From an uncultured Alphaproteobacteria bacterium (GTDB lineage Bacteria; Pseudomonadota; Alphaproteobacteria; HIMB59; GCA-002718135), in the NCBI GenBank assembly GCA_902610845.1, contig CACLXJ010000004.1, forward strand, positions 7,116-71,115: a stretch of 64,000 nucleotides of DNA, read 5' to 3'. A model generated the notes under the pieces. The model did not search any database and had not been told where the DNA came from. It was given only the letters and a program-made list of their open reading frames with translations. Position 1 is the first letter of the stretch. Every line of letters begins with the position of its first letter. The translations under genes were made by a program, and so were the position numbers. Positions 40,692 to 52,176 of the stretch are shown here, piece by piece.

Positions 40692-40817
40692 TTATCCCTG
40701 TCTTGCTTTCATTCTGGGATTTTTCTTATTAATTACATAAATCCTACCTTTTCTACGAACGACTTTACAATCCTTATCTCTAGTTTTGGCAGTTTTTAAT
40801 GAACATTTAACTTTCAT
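40692..40817 (-). CDS. rpmJ: 50S ribosomal protein L36, zinc-independent type B (not in ORF track)
   Basis: Hand translation [41 protein letters not shown] (41 aa). Confidence 0.96.
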   Translation of the reverse strand: MKVKCSLKTAKTRDKDCKVVRRKGRIYVINKKNPRMKARQG

Positions 40818-40824
40818 AAAAAGC

Positions 40825-40853
40825 GCTTTAAATTCTGGGATTTGTTTTGTCAA
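40825..40853 (-). promoter_or_regulatory. Putative sigma-70 promoter for rpmJ (leaderless geometry)
   Basis: Minus strand TTGACA-N17-TAAAGC ending 7 nt before the ATG. Confidence 0.55.
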
Positions 40854-40874
40854 ACATATATTGTCTGAATTAAT

Positions 40875-42461
40875 ATGAGAAAGTTATCTTACCCAGGAAG
40901 ATCTAATGTTTTAGCTCAAAATGGTATGGTAGCAACTTCAAATCCATTAAGTTCCATGGTTGCTATTAATGTACTTCAAAAAGGTGGAAATGCTGTTGAT
41001 GCTGCTATTGCGGCTTCAGCTGTTCAAGCTGTAGTATGTCCAAGCGCAACTGGAATCGGTGGGGATTGTTTTGCAATTATTTCGATGAATGGGAAAAAAC
41101 CAATTGCTGTAAACGGGTCTGGAATTGCTCCTAAAAGAGCGAATTTACAGTTTTATAAAGATAATAAAATAAAAAATATTGGTTTAACAAGTCCGCATTC
41201 AATCACTATTCCTGGGGCAGTTCATGCATGGTGTTCTATGCATGAAAAATTTGGAAGAATTGATTTTAATGAAGTTTTAAATGGTGCAGAAAATTTTGCT
41301 AAAAAAGGATTTCCTGTTCATGAAGTTGAAGCTATTGCATGGAAAGAAAATGAAAAAAAACTTAAAAAAAATTCTAATTCTAAAAGATTATTTTTAAATA
41401 AAAATCTAAGTTATAGTTATGGTGAAGTTTTTAAGAATATTCCTTTAGCAAATACTTTAAGAATCATCTCAAAAAATAAAATTAAAGGATTTTATCAAAG
41501 TGAAATAACTAAGGACATGGTTAAGACACTAAATAAACTTGGAGGACTGCATACAGAAGAAGATTTCTATAATCAAAAAACGTTATTTTCAAAAACAATA
41601 ACAAATTCATATAGAAATTTAAAAATTCATCAATGCCCCTTAAATAGTCCTGGATTAGTTGTTTTGATGATGATGGCAATGACTGAGAAATTAAATATCA
41701 AAAAATACCATCCTTCAAGTTTTGAAAGATATCATCTTCAAGCTGAAATTTCAAAAATATGTTTTGAGGTTAAGGAAACAATATTTGGTGATCCTAATTT
41801 TAATAATATAAATATAAAAGATTATTTAAGAAATGAATATATAAGCTCTTTATGTTCTAGAATAAATAAAAATAAAATTTATTCTTCAAAAAAAGGCTAT
41901 GTAACTTCTCACCCTGAAACAATATATTTAAGTGTTGTAGATAGAGATTTGAATTCAGTATCATTTATAAATTCAATATGTCATGGTTTTGGAAGTGGAA
42001 TTACAAGTAATAAAACAGGAATTCTTTTTCAAAATAGAGGTGTAAATTTCAGATTAGAAGATGGTCACCCCAACTCAATTGATAGTCATAAAAGACCACT
42101 TCATACAATAATCCCTGGGCTAATAACTAATAAGAATGATGAAACACTGTATTCTTATGGAGTTATGGGAGGACAATATCAACCAATTGGTCAGTCTCAT
42201 TTAATTCAAAATATAATCGACTATAACATGACAGTACAAGAAGGCTTGGATTTACCTAGAGCTTTTGCTCTAAATGGTCTCTTAAATGTTGAGAATTCAT
42301 TAGATGATAAAATTGTAAAAAAATTAAAGAATATTGGTCATAAAATTAAAATAAATAAAAATGCTATTGGCGGTGGTCAATGTATAAAAATAGATAGAAA
42401 AAATGGAGTGCTTATTGGCGGGTCAGATCCACGAAAGGATGGTATGGCAATAGGTTACTAA
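40875..42461 (+). CDS. Gamma-glutamyltransferase family Ntn-hydrolase (no signal peptide; YwrD-like)
   Basis: [17 protein letters not shown], nucleophile Thr in [32 protein letters not shown]. Confidence 0.9.
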   Translation: MRKLSYPGRSNVLAQNGMVATSNPLSSMVAINVLQKGGNAVDAAIAASAVQAVVCPSATGIGGDCFAIISMNGKKPIAVNGSGIAPKRANLQFYKDNKIKNIGLTSPHSITIPGAVHAWCSMHEKFGRIDFNEVLNGAENFAKKGFPVHEVEAIAWKENEKKLKKNSNSKRLFLNKNLSYSYGEVFKNIPLANTLRIISKNKIKGFYQSEITKDMVKTLNKLGGLHTEEDFYNQKTLFSKTITNSYRNLKIHQCPLNSPGLVVLMMMAMTEKLNIKKYHPSSFERYHLQAEISKICFEVKETIFGDPNFNNINIKDYLRNEYISSLCSRINKNKIYSSKKGYVTSHPETIYLSVVDRDLNSVSFINSICHGFGSGITSNKTGILFQNRGVNFRLEDGHPNSIDSHKRPLHTIIPGLITNKNDETLYSYGVMGGQYQPIGQSHLIQNIIDYNMTVQEGLDLPRAFALNGLLNVENSLDDKIVKKLKNIGHKIKINKNAIGGGQCIKIDRKNGVLIGGSDPRKDGMAIGY

Positions 42462-42462
42462 C

Positions 42463-43500
42463 CTACACTTTTCCAAAAGTGTCATTATACTGATTATTTA
42501 CTCTCACAAATGTAGTACACTTACTAAGCTGCTTCAATGATGCAGCGCCAACGTATGTACAACTACTTCGTACACCTCCAAGAATATCTCTAATTGTACT
42601 ATCTAGCGAATTCTTCATTTGTATTTTAACTTTTTTACCTTCAGATGATCTATAGTTTGCAAGACCACCATAATGTTTCTCATTTGCTTCTTCAGAACTT
42701 GATCCATAAAACTCGATAAATTTACTTCCATTTTCCACAATTATATCACCACCACCTTCCTTATGACCTGCTAACATTCCGCCAAGCATAACAAAGTCTG
42801 CACCAGCACCAAATCCTTTTGCAACATCACCAGGACAAGTACATCCTCCATCAGCGATAATATGCGCTCCTAATCCATGTGCTGCGTCAGCACATTCCAT
42901 TACAGCGCTAAGTTGTGGATACCCTACTCCTGTTTGTATTCTAGTGGTACATACACTTCCAGGACCAATACCAACTTTAACAATATCCGCCCCACTTAAT
43001 ACTAATTCCTGAGTCATATCTGCAGTAACAACATTACCTGCAATAATAGTTTTTTTTGGATATTTTTTTCTTACTTCTGAAACAAAATTACTAAAATTTT
43101 CTGAATAACCATTTGCAACATCAATACAGATAAATTTAAATTTTGGATATATTTTTAAAATTGAATTTAACCTATTGTAACTGTCTTTACTTGTACCGCA
43201 ACTAAGAGCGATTGAATCAAAGAAAATATTTTTTTTATAAATAGTTCCTATTTGATTAATATCATGCTGTTTTGTTAAAGCAGTCATTAGTTTGTTAGAA
43301 CTTAGTTTTTTTGCAACATCTATTTCACCAACACCATCCATATTAGAGGCTATTATTGGAATTCCTTTCCATGATGATCTTGAGTGTTTAAAAATATATT
43401 TTCTATTCAAATCAACATCTTTCCTACTTTTTAAAGTACTTCTCTTTGGTCTAAAAAGGACATCTGAGTAGTCAAGTTTTATTTCTTCTTCGATTCTCAT
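42463..43500 (-). CDS. guaC: GMP reductase
   Basis: [42 protein letters not shown]. Confidence 0.96.
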   Translation of the reverse strand: MRIEEEIKLDYSDVLFRPKRSTLKSRKDVDLNRKYIFKHSRSSWKGIPIIASNMDGVGEIDVAKKLSSNKLMTALTKQHDINQIGTIYKKNIFFDSIALSCGTSKDSYNRLNSILKIYPKFKFICIDVANGYSENFSNFVSEVRKKYPKKTIIAGNVVTADMTQELVLSGADIVKVGIGPGSVCTTRIQTGVGYPQLSAVMECADAAHGLGAHIIADGGCTCPGDVAKGFGAGADFVMLGGMLAGHKEGGGDIIVENGSKFIEFYGSSSEEANEKHYGGLANYRSSEGKKVKIQMKNSLDSTIRDILGGVRSSCTYVGAASLKQLSKCTTFVRVNNQYNDTFGKV

Positions 43501-43562
43501 AAATACATTCGCATATTTGTATTAAATAATTTAGAAATTAAAACAAATATAAATTGTTATCT

Positions 43563-44444
43563 ATGAACTTAAATACGTTAATAAATGCAAATAAAAGAAG
43601 GTTTGATATTAAATTTAAAAAACTTTTAAAAAATAAGCTAGACAAATCAAGTTTATCAAATGCAATCTTTTATGGCTCTATGAACGGAGGAAAAAGAATA
43701 AGGCCATTTTTAGTAATGGAGTCTGCAAAAATAGCAAAAATTTCATCAAATGATGCCTTTGTCATAGCCTCATGTATTGAATGTATACATTCGTACTCCT
43801 TAATTCACGATGATTTACCATCAATGGATGATGATGATTACAGAAGAGGTAAATTAAGTACTCATAAAAAATTTAATGAAGCTACTGCAATTTTAGCAGG
43901 AGATGCTTTACATGATTTAGCATTTGAATTGATCTCAGGAAATTTTAAAAATAAAAATGTTATTTCTAGATTAAATTTAATAAATTATCTTTCTTTGTGT
44001 ATTGGACATAAAGGATTAGCTCTTGGTCAAGCTTTAGATTTAGAATATGAAAATAAAAAGTTAACTAAAAATAAAATTTTAGATATGTATTCTAGAAAAA
44101 CTGGCAAGTTATTTGAATTCTCTTTTTCTGCACCTTTTATATTAAAAGATAAAAGTAAAATAGATATTCAATTTGCAAAAGATTATGGAATGTTATTTGG
44201 TTTAATATTTCAAATTATAGATGACTTAATCGATGAAATTGGAACTTTTAAGAAAATTGGAAAAACACCAGGTAAAGATGTTGAGCAAGGCAAAAGTACC
44301 TTACTAAAATTAATTGGTGAAAAACAAGTTACTGATTTATGTAATAATAAAATTAATACTTTTATAAAAAAATATAAAAATAAAATAAGTCAAAACCCTA
44401 TACTAATAGAAATGCTAGAATTTGGAATGGATCGACTAAATTAA
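43563..44444 (+). CDS. ispA: Polyprenyl synthetase / geranyltranstransferase
   Basis: GGKRIRP, SLIHDDLPSMDDDDYRRG, FQIIDD, GKTPGKD. Confidence 0.92.
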   Translation: MNLNTLINANKRRFDIKFKKLLKNKLDKSSLSNAIFYGSMNGGKRIRPFLVMESAKIAKISSNDAFVIASCIECIHSYSLIHDDLPSMDDDDYRRGKLSTHKKFNEATAILAGDALHDLAFELISGNFKNKNVISRLNLINYLSLCIGHKGLALGQALDLEYENKKLTKNKILDMYSRKTGKLFEFSFSAPFILKDKSKIDIQFAKDYGMLFGLIFQIIDDLIDEIGTFKKIGKTPGKDVEQGKSTLLKLIGEKQVTDLCNNKINTFIKKYKNKISQNPILIEMLEFGMDRLN

Positions 44445-44851
44445 AAATGTACTATTTTTTTTGCTAGATATAATCCAGATGTAGCTGAAACAGCTGTCAA
44501 TGAACCACCCCAGACCATATCTACGAAAGTAACTGTTGGTGACCATCCTTTTAGTACTGCCATATTTGTTAAGTTATATGTGCCATATGCAACCAAACCA
44601 AATATGAAGCCAGTGTACAATGTTTTCATTAAGTCACCAGAAACAACACAAGGTTGAATTACAACCAATGCGATACCAAATACATATATTATGTAAAAAA
44701 GAGCAGCAGCCCACATTACAGGCTTATCAGCTAATAAATTACCTATTAGTGGTCTATAAAAAGACTTTGTAGCGAAGCTTAACCAAATTACGTCGATTAT
44801 TAAGAAAATCAGTGAAGCAATTAGCGTGGCTACTAGTAAACATTTGAACAT
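44441..44851 (-). CDS. DUF2177 family membrane protein
   Basis: IDVIWL, AYGTYNLTN.A.LKGW, VDMVWG. Confidence 0.8.
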   Translation of the reverse strand: MFKCLLVATLIASLIFLIIDVIWLSFATKSFYRPLIGNLLADKPVMWAAALFYIIYVFGIALVVIQPCVVSGDLMKTLYTGFIFGLVAYGTYNLTNMAVLKGWSPTVTFVDMVWGGSLTAVSATSGLYLAKKIVHF

Positions 44852-44905
44852 ATTTTATAGATATATCATATTATTAAATTTCAAGAATATTTATTTAAAT
44901 TTCTA

Positions 44906-44980
44906 TGGTGGGTGTGACAGGGATTGAACCTGTGACCCCTGCCGTGTCGAGGCAGTGCTCTACCGCTGAGCTACACACCC
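44906..44980 (-). tRNA. tRNA-Val (GAC)
   Basis: GGGTGTGTAGCTCAGCGGTAGAGCACTGCCTC-GAC-ACGGCAGGGGTCACAGGTTCAATCCCTGTCACACCCACCA cloverleaf with encoded CCA. Confidence 0.93.
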
Positions 44981-45202
44981 AAGAAGTTTTATTTTATAAA
45001 AATATAATATTTGAAATATAATGACTTTTAAAGTTAAAGCAATAATTGAAAAATTGTATGAAATTTTTAAATTATACTTAATTTAACCTTTTTTAATCAT
45101 TAATTAAGTAAATAAATTATAAACATATTGATCAATTTTTTATTAAATAATATTCAGAGTTTAGAATTATTCATGCAATTGAATATTAATATTAGGAGAT
45201 AA

Positions 45203-45703
45203 ATGAAGGTAAAAAAAAACAATTTTACAGAAAATGAAATCTCTAAAGCTCTAAAAATTTATAATTATTTTATTGAAAATTCATTCTCTAATTTTGAAGA
45301 AAAAAAATTAACTAAATTAAAATTTAATTTACTATTAAAAAAAATTAAAAAAAATAAATTACCATTTATTTTAGCAATTAAAGAAAATGAAGTTATTGGA
45401 TTAGCCTTTGTAAATAAATTTAGAGAAAAAAGTGGATATAGATTTTCTTATGAACATTCAATCTATGTTGATCCAGATTTCATTAATAATGGTTATGGTA
45501 ATAAGATACTAAGAGAACTTGTTAAAATATGTAAAAAAATTTCAAATATTAAAAATTTGATAGCAGTGATCGGTGGAAAAAATAATTTTGCTTCAATAAA
45601 AATACATAAAAATAATGGATTTCAATATATTGGGACTATAAAGAAAGCTGGTTTTAAAAAAAATAAGTGGGTTGATTCTATTTATATGCAAAAAAGGTTA
45701 TGA
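45203..45703 (+). CDS. GNAT N-acetyltransferase (phosphinothricin/methionine-sulfoximine acetyltransferase-like)
   Basis: IYNYFIENS..NFEE, EHSIYVDP, GYGNK, ASIKIH..GF, GFKKNKWVD. Confidence 0.85.
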   Translation: MKVKKNNFTENEISKALKIYNYFIENSFSNFEEKKLTKLKFNLLLKKIKKNKLPFILAIKENEVIGLAFVNKFREKSGYRFSYEHSIYVDPDFINNGYGNKILRELVKICKKISNIKNLIAVIGGKNNFASIKIHKNNGFQYIGTIKKAGFKKNKWVDSIYMQKRL

Positions 45704-46164
45704 AAAAAGTAAACACTAACAATTTTAAAAATACACTTAGTAAGTTTTCAACAGGAGTTACAGTTGTATGTGTTAAAAATAATAATTCAATATATGGGAA
45801 AACTGTTAACTCATTTAATTCTTTATCTCTTAACCCTCCTATGGTTCTGTTTTCTTTAGGTAATTACTCGTCCTCAATAAAACAGTTTTCAAAAACTAAA
45901 TTTTTATCAATAAATATTCTATCTAATAAACAAAAAAAATTATCTGACAATTTTGCTTTAACTGCGCCTAATTTAGAAGATATAAAATTTATCGAAGGGA
46001 AAAATAAAACAGTAATTATACCAAACTGTATAGCAAATCTTGAATGTAAGTTAATGGATAAAATAAAAAAAGGCGACCACATAATATTTATATGTAAGAT
46101 ATTAGAATTACAATCTAACGATAAATTGAAACCACTTTTATATTTTAATTCAAAATATTTCTAG
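45700..46164 (+). CDS. Flavin reductase family protein (HpaC/RutF-like)
   Basis: FSTGVTVV, TVNSFNSLSLNPP, GDHIIFI, PLLYF. Confidence 0.9.
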   Translation: MKKVNTNNFKNTLSKFSTGVTVVCVKNNNSIYGKTVNSFNSLSLNPPMVLFSLGNYSSSIKQFSKTKFLSINILSNKQKKLSDNFALTAPNLEDIKFIEGKNKTVIIPNCIANLECKLMDKIKKGDHIIFICKILELQSNDKLKPLLYFNSKYF

Positions 46165-47454
46165 GTGTTTAGAATTTTAAGATATCTAATTTTAATTTTT
46201 ATAATATCAACAGGATATTATTTGTTTATTTCTGAATACTTAAATATAACTGAGAAAAATATTTATAAGGAAGAAATTGTAAGAAAAGAAATAGTAGAAG
46301 ATAAAAAAAAAATCATTCAAGAAAAAAAAGAAGAAACTTCACCTAATATAAAAAAAAGTATTGATAAAGTACAATTTGTTGAGAAAAAAATTGAAATTTT
46401 ACAAGGTGATACTTTTGTTTCTATTTTGGAAAATCTAAACTTTAAGCAAAAAAAAATTTATGAAGTCATAAGTAAGATAGAAGATTCTTTTGATTTAAAG
46501 AAAATTAAAACTGGAGAAATTATTAGTGTTTTTGAAAATAATTATGGTGAAATAAAAAAAATTGAATTTTTTAAGAATACTGAGACTATTATCTCTGTTA
46601 ATTTAGATAAAGAAATAAATTTAAATATAATAAAATTAACAAAGGCTTCATTTATTGAATCAAAAGAATATACAATTACAGAATCATTATTTTCAGATGG
46701 TATTAAAAATGGTGTTTCATCAGATATTTTAGTTAAAATTATAAGCCTTTTTAGTTTTGATCTCGATTTTCAAAGAGATATTAGGGTCAATACAGTTGTT
46801 TCAATATCCTATGAATTTGATGAAATAGTTGAAACAGGTAGACTGGAATATAACGATATTAAATATGCTTCTATAATAATTGATGGAAAACAATTAGAAT
46901 ATTTTAAGTTTATTACAGATGATGGTTATGTTGATTATTTTAACAGAGACGGAAAAAATGTTAAAAAATCAATTTTAAAGACACCTTTAGATGGCGCAAG
47001 AATTTCATCAAATTTTGGAATGCGTAAACATCCTATCTCTGGTTTCAACAAAATGCATAAGGGTGTTGATTTTGCTGCACCTACAGGAACACCAATTTAT
47101 GCTGGAGGAAATGGAATTGTTGAATACGTTGGAAGAAATGGAGGATATGGAAAATATATTCGTATAAGGCATAATAATGGATATAAAACGGCGTATGCAC
47201 ATTTGTCAAATTATAATAAAGGTATTTCTAAAGGGGTAAGAGTTAATCAAGGTGAAGTTATAGGCTATGTAGGTAGTACAGGAAATTCTACAGGACCTCA
47301 TCTTCATTATGAAATTATTTATCAAAATAAACATATAAATCCGTTAAAACTAAAACTTCCTTCTGGAAAAATACTTGAGGGTAAGGAATTAGAAAAATTT
47401 AAAGAAGAATATAAAATAATATATGCTGATCATTTGAGCATGTTATACGAATAA
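46165..47454 (+). CDS. M23 family peptidoglycan endopeptidase
   Basis: N-terminal TM, DFQRDIR, HKGVDFAA, YAHLS, STGPHLHYE. GTG start. Confidence 0.92.
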   Translation: MFRILRYLILIFIISTGYYLFISEYLNITEKNIYKEEIVRKEIVEDKKKIIQEKKEETSPNIKKSIDKVQFVEKKIEILQGDTFVSILENLNFKQKKIYEVISKIEDSFDLKKIKTGEIISVFENNYGEIKKIEFFKNTETIISVNLDKEINLNIIKLTKASFIESKEYTITESLFSDGIKNGVSSDILVKIISLFSFDLDFQRDIRVNTVVSISYEFDEIVETGRLEYNDIKYASIIIDGKQLEYFKFITDDGYVDYFNRDGKNVKKSILKTPLDGARISSNFGMRKHPISGFNKMHKGVDFAAPTGTPIYAGGNGIVEYVGRNGGYGKYIRIRHNNGYKTAYAHLSNYNKGISKGVRVNQGEVIGYVGSTGNSTGPHLHYEIIYQNKHINPLKLKLPSGKILEGKELEKFKEEYKIIYADHLSMLYE

Positions 47455-47868
47455 CTACTTTGTTGATCTTGTTCTTTTTTCTTTAGATGGTTCAGCTATA
47501 AATGGAATAGATTCGATGGAATCATTTTCTACTTTATCATTATTATTTACTTCGATGGTTTCATTATCAATATCTGAAGTTTGTTCATTTACAATACTTT
47601 GTTTTTGCTCATCAAAATTTGCGTTTTCTTCAATATTAATACCTAGCTCAACCATTATTCTGTAGTAGTGATCAGTAAATTGATAATAATATTCAGATTG
47701 AATTCTATCACCTGATCTTGATGCTTCTTTAGCAAGTTTTAAGTACTTGTTATATTGCTGGGATACATTTCCTCTATTTCTATTATTGAAATTTTTGTAT
47801 CCACCACTCTTCTTAAAACTGGGTCTTCTATTACTCTTATAAGCGGTTCTACCGTTTTTTTTATACAT
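47455..47868 (-). CDS. DUF4167 domain protein
   Basis: RGNVSQQYNKYLKLAKEASRSGDRIQSEYYYQFTDHYYR; usual position after prmC. Confidence 0.85.
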   Translation of the reverse strand: MYKKNGRTAYKSNRRPSFKKSGGYKNFNNRNRGNVSQQYNKYLKLAKEASRSGDRIQSEYYYQFTDHYYRIMVELGINIEENANFDEQKQSIVNEQTSDIDNETIEVNNNDKVENDSIESIPFIAEPSKEKRTRSTK

Positions 47869-47945
47869 ATTGTTAGGAAATTAAAAATTTTATTAAATTA
47901 TTAATCTTTTTTTTTATCTATACAGTTCATTTGATTTATTTCAAC

Positions 47946-48776
47946 TTATATCTTTAAAAAACTAAGGATTCTCTCGATTCCTTGAAGATCATTAACTATT
48001 TTATTCAAATATAATCCAGAATTTTCAAATATTTCTTCACAATCTTGTCTCTGATTATTACCAATTTCACATACAAAATAAGCACTTTTATTCATTAAAT
48101 TTTTTAGATTATTTGAATATTCTCTATAAAATTTCAGCCCATCATCTCCTCCAACTAAAGCTAATTTAGGCTCAAAATTTTTAACTTCTGGCTCTGCATT
48201 ATTAAACTGTTCGTTTGATAGGTATGGTGGATTAGATACAATTAAATCAAACTTGGAATTAATATTTTTAAAATCAATCATCTTAAGTTGGATTTGATTA
48301 TAACAATTATGTATTTTTAAGTTTTTTTCTGCAACTTCTAATGCTTCTTTAGATATATCTATAGCTGTTATGGATGCATTTTTAAATTCCTTTGCTAGTG
48401 ATATTGCGATACAGCCTGATCCGGTACCAATATCTAATATTTTTAATTTAAGGTTTTTGTTTTTATAAATATTTAATACTTCTTCAATTATCAATTCTGT
48501 TTCAGGACGTGGATCTAAAACAAAATTATTTACATAAAAATCATTTCTCCAAAAAGGTTTATTTTTAATAATTTTAGCTATTGGTTGTCTATTAATTCTT
48601 TTTTGAAGATAAGATTTAAATTTAACGATATCAATATTGTCTACATTAAAATTACTTAAAATAATTTCATTATTTTTTTTTGAAGCATGCTTTAGTAAAA
48701 TTCTCAGATCTAAGTCTGGATTACTTATATTTTTTTGTTTTAATTTAGTTAAACTCTCTTTAATTAAATTATTCAT
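47946..48776 (-). CDS. prmC: Release factor glutamine methyltransferase
   Basis: [23 protein letters not shown]; follows prfA. Confidence 0.95.
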   Translation of the reverse strand: MNNLIKESLTKLKQKNISNPDLDLRILLKHASKKNNEIILSNFNVDNIDIVKFKSYLQKRINRQPIAKIIKNKPFWRNDFYVNNFVLDPRPETELIIEEVLNIYKNKNLKLKILDIGTGSGCIAISLAKEFKNASITAIDISKEALEVAEKNLKIHNCYNQIQLKMIDFKNINSKFDLIVSNPPYLSNEQFNNAEPEVKNFEPKLALVGGDDGLKFYREYSNNLKNLMNKSAYFVCEIGNNQRQDCEEIFENSGLYLNKIVNDLQGIERILSFLKI

Positions 48777-49845
48777 TTTTCATATTTGCTAACTTTTTAC
48801 TCTCTTCTTCAGCAATTAAAGGGTTTATCAACTCATCTATTTTACCCTCAAGTATTTCTGACAGATTGTACAATGTAAGATTTATTCTATGATCAGAAAC
48901 CCTTCCTTGAGGAAAATTATAGGTTCTTATTCTTTCAGATCTATCTCCAGAACCTACTTGATTTTTTCTTTGCTCAGATCTTTCTTTGTTTTTTTCTTGT
49001 ATTTGATTGTCTAGTAATCTTGATCGTAAAATCTTTAAAGCTTTTGCTTTATTTTTATGTTGAGATTTTTCATCTTGCTGAGAAACTACTATACCAGTTG
49101 GTATATGTGTTATTCTTACAGCACTATCAGTAGTGTTGACAGATTGTCCTCCTGGTCCACTTGATCTAAAAACATCAATTCTTAAATCTTTATCAAGAAT
49201 TTGAATATCAACCTCTTCAGCTTCAGGTAGAACTGCTACAGTAGCAGCTGATGTATGTACTCTTCCACTACTTTCAGTTGTTGGAACCCTTTGCACTCTA
49301 TGAACACCAGATTCGAATTTTAGTTTTGAAAAAACATTAAATCCTGAAATATTACAAATAGCCTCCTTTACTCCTTTTAAACCTGTTTCTGATATTGATA
49401 AAATATCAAATTTCCATGAATTTAAATCAGCATATCTCTGATACATATTTAATAAATCAGAAGCAAAAAGAGATGCTTCATCACCTCCAGTACCAGCTCT
49501 GATTTCTAAAATTGAATTTTTAGAGTCATTTTCATCTTTTGGTATTAGTAACTTCAATAATTCCTGTTCAAGATCTTTGATTTGATTTTTTTTTTCAATG
49601 AGTTCTGACTCAGCTATATTACTAATTTCTAAATCATTATCTTTTACTAAGTCATTAAGATTTAATATATCTTTTTGTAAATTGTTGTATTCTTGGATTT
49701 TTTCTACAATTGGTCGGAGCTCTGAATATTCTCTGTTTAATTTAATTAATTCATTTGAGTCAATATCATTCATATTGTTTAATGAATTTTCAATTAATTT
49801 AAATTTTTCTAAAATTATTGAAAATTGTTTATCTAGATTTATCAT
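48769..49845 (-). CDS. prfA: Peptide chain release factor 1
   Basis: GGQ motif, PxT motif (VPTTES), [12 protein letters not shown]. Confidence 0.97.
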   Translation of the reverse strand: MINLDKQFSIILEKFKLIENSLNNMNDIDSNELIKLNREYSELRPIVEKIQEYNNLQKDILNLNDLVKDNDLEISNIAESELIEKKNQIKDLEQELLKLLIPKDENDSKNSILEIRAGTGGDEASLFASDLLNMYQRYADLNSWKFDILSISETGLKGVKEAICNISGFNVFSKLKFESGVHRVQRVPTTESSGRVHTSAATVAVLPEAEEVDIQILDKDLRIDVFRSSGPGGQSVNTTDSAVRITHIPTGIVVSQQDEKSQHKNKAKALKILRSRLLDNQIQEKNKERSEQRKNQVGSGDRSERIRTYNFPQGRVSDHRINLTLYNLSEILEGKIDELINPLIAEEESKKLANMKNE

Positions 49846-51073
49846 TCAAATGATTAAATATTTTATTAAGCTTTAATTCTTTTTGTTCCCCAGTCATTAA
49901 ATTTTTAATAGTAAAAAAATCACCATTAAACTCATTTTCTCCAATAATAATTATAAACGATGCTGAAGATATATTTGCTTTTGAAAATGATTTTTTTAAA
50001 TTGTATTTATAATTCCAGTAATATGAAATTCTATTTTCAGATAAATATTTTTGTAGATAAAGAAAATAATCTGTAAATTTTTCATTTGTTACTGCAATAT
50101 GAATAGTTGAGCTTATTTTTTTTTCGTACTCCATTAATAATGCAATTCTTTCAATACCTGCGGCCCATCCAATACCGGGTATATCAGGTCCACCCAATAC
50201 TTTTATTAAACCGTCATATCTTCCACCACCAAGTAATGTATCTTGACTTCCTAAATTATCTGATTTGTATTCGAATACTGTATTACAATAATAATCAAGA
50301 CCTCTAACGAGATTAGCGTTTTCTTCAAAATCAATTCCTAGTATATTTAATGATCTTTTAAGATCTTCGTAGTGCTTTTTAGCTTCATCTGTTAAGTATT
50401 CATATATTTTAGGTGAAGATAGTGAAATTTCAACATCTTCCTGATTTTTTGAATCTAATATTCTTAATGGGTTAGTTTCAATTTTTTTAACGCTTTCCTC
50501 TGATAGTTTTTTTTTATGGGTATTAAAATACTTTGTAAGACTTTTTTTAAAATCAATTAACGTTTTTTTATCTCCTAAAGAATTAATATGAAGTTTTATT
50601 TTAGATTTAGGTAACAGTTCGTTTAAAATATTATTTGACAGAGAAATTAACTCAACATCAGCAAGAAAATCTCTAGTTCCAAGTATTTCAAAATTAATTT
50701 GATTAAATTGTCTATATCTACCCTTTTGCGGCCTTTCCCTTCTAAACATTGGTCCAATTCCAAAAATTTTTAATGGTAAATCGTTTAAGAGATTATTAGT
50801 AATGGCCGCTCTAATCATGGGCGTTGTGTACTCAGGGCGTAATGTTAAATATTCATTATTTCTGTCTTCAAATGAATACATTTCTTTCAACACAACATCA
50901 GAATGTTCGCCAAGAGGTTTTGCAAATAAATCACTAAATTCAAAAATTGGTGTCTGGATTTCTTTATATTCTTTTAAATTAGCGTTTTTAGAAACAATAT
51001 TAGAGATAAAGTTAAATTTATCTATTTCTTCCCCAAATATATCATGTGTGCCTCTTACTGATCTTAATTTCAT
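49829..51073 (-). CDS. hisS: Histidine--tRNA ligase
   Basis: [41 protein letters not shown]. Confidence 0.97.
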   Translation of the reverse strand: MKLRSVRGTHDIFGEEIDKFNFISNIVSKNANLKEYKEIQTPIFEFSDLFAKPLGEHSDVVLKEMYSFEDRNNEYLTLRPEYTTPMIRAAITNNLLNDLPLKIFGIGPMFRRERPQKGRYRQFNQINFEILGTRDFLADVELISLSNNILNELLPKSKIKLHINSLGDKKTLIDFKKSLTKYFNTHKKKLSEESVKKIETNPLRILDSKNQEDVEISLSSPKIYEYLTDEAKKHYEDLKRSLNILGIDFEENANLVRGLDYYCNTVFEYKSDNLGSQDTLLGGGRYDGLIKVLGGPDIPGIGWAAGIERIALLMEYEKKISSTIHIAVTNEKFTDYFLYLQKYLSENRISYYWNYKYNLKKSFSKANISSASFIIIIGENEFNGDFFTIKNLMTGEQKELKLNKIFNHLNDKSR

Positions 51074-51074
51074 A

Positions 51075-52172
51075 TTAATTACTAAGTTCTATTTCTTTAG
51101 TTTTTTTTCTAATTAGATCTTCAAGATAATTTTCTAAATCAACATTTTTTACAACATTATTTTTTTTACCATCAAGATAAATCATATGTGTATCATTTCC
51201 ACCACCAGTTATTCCAATATTTGTCATAGTTGCTTCACCTGGACCATTAACAACACATCCAATTATTGACACTGTTATAGGCGTGGAAATATCATCTAAT
51301 TTTTTTTCTAAGTTTTTTACAGTTTTTATTACTTCAAATTGTTGTCTAGCACATGAAGGACATGATATGATTTTTACACCTCTATTCCTTAATCCTAAGC
51401 TTTTTAAGATTTCAAAACCAACTCTTACCTCTTCCTCTGGCTCATCTGACAATGATATTCTAATTGTATCTCCTATTCCTCTCAAAAGTAAATTTCCAAC
51501 TCCAATAGAAGATTTAATTGAGCCTGTTCTTTTTCCTCCTGCTTCTGTAATACCTAAATGCAAAGGATAATCACATAATTCAGCTAATTGCTCATATGCT
51601 TTTATAGACATAAATATATCTGAAGATTTCACACTGATTTTGAAATTAGTAAAATCATTATCTTCAAGTATCTTTATATTTAATTTAGCACTTTCAACTA
51701 AGGCTTCTGGATTGGGTTCAGAAAATTTTTCTAAAATTTGTTTTTCTAAACTTCCTGCATTAACACCTACTCTAATTGAGCAATTATTATCTTTTGCAGC
51801 TTTGATAACTTCCTTTATTCTTTCAATACTCCCAATGTTACCGGGATTAATTCTAATACAAGAAGCTCCATTGTTTGCTGCTTCAATACCTCTTTTGTAA
51901 TGAAAATGTATATCTGCAATTATAGGTACAGGGCTATTTTTCACAATTTCTTTTAAAGATTGTGAAGATTCTTTATCTGGAACAGAAACGCGAACTAAAT
52001 CAACTCCAAGTTTTGCAGATCTTTCTATTTGAGCAATAGTATCTTTGGCATTAGAAGTCAGAGTATTTGTCATTGTTTGAACTGCAATTTGATTATTACC
52101 TCCAATACTAACATTTCCAACTTTAATAACGCGCGACTTTCTTCTATTAATTTGTTGATACGGTCTAAGCAT
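51075..52172 (-). CDS. ispG: 4-hydroxy-3-methylbut-2-en-1-yl diphosphate synthase
   Basis: [36 protein letters not shown]. Confidence 0.97.
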   Translation of the reverse strand: MLRPYQQINRRKSRVIKVGNVSIGGNNQIAVQTMTNTLTSNAKDTIAQIERSAKLGVDLVRVSVPDKESSQSLKEIVKNSPVPIIADIHFHYKRGIEAANNGASCIRINPGNIGSIERIKEVIKAAKDNNCSIRVGVNAGSLEKQILEKFSEPNPEALVESAKLNIKILEDNDFTNFKISVKSSDIFMSIKAYEQLAELCDYPLHLGITEAGGKRTGSIKSSIGVGNLLLRGIGDTIRISLSDEPEEEVRVGFEILKSLGLRNRGVKIISCPSCARQQFEVIKTVKNLEKKLDDISTPITVSIIGCVVNGPGEATMTNIGITGGGNDTHMIYLDGKKNNVVKNVDLENYLEDLIRKKTKEIELSN

Positions 52173-52176
52173 CTAT

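Noticed and set aside
44981-45202. Longest intergenic stretch as replication origin, ncRNA or CtrA-regulated site (TTAA-N7-TTAA at 45093-45107)
   Set aside because: No DnaA boxes or stable structure seen, and the motif is frequent by chance in such AT-rich DNA. Most simply a divergent promoter region.
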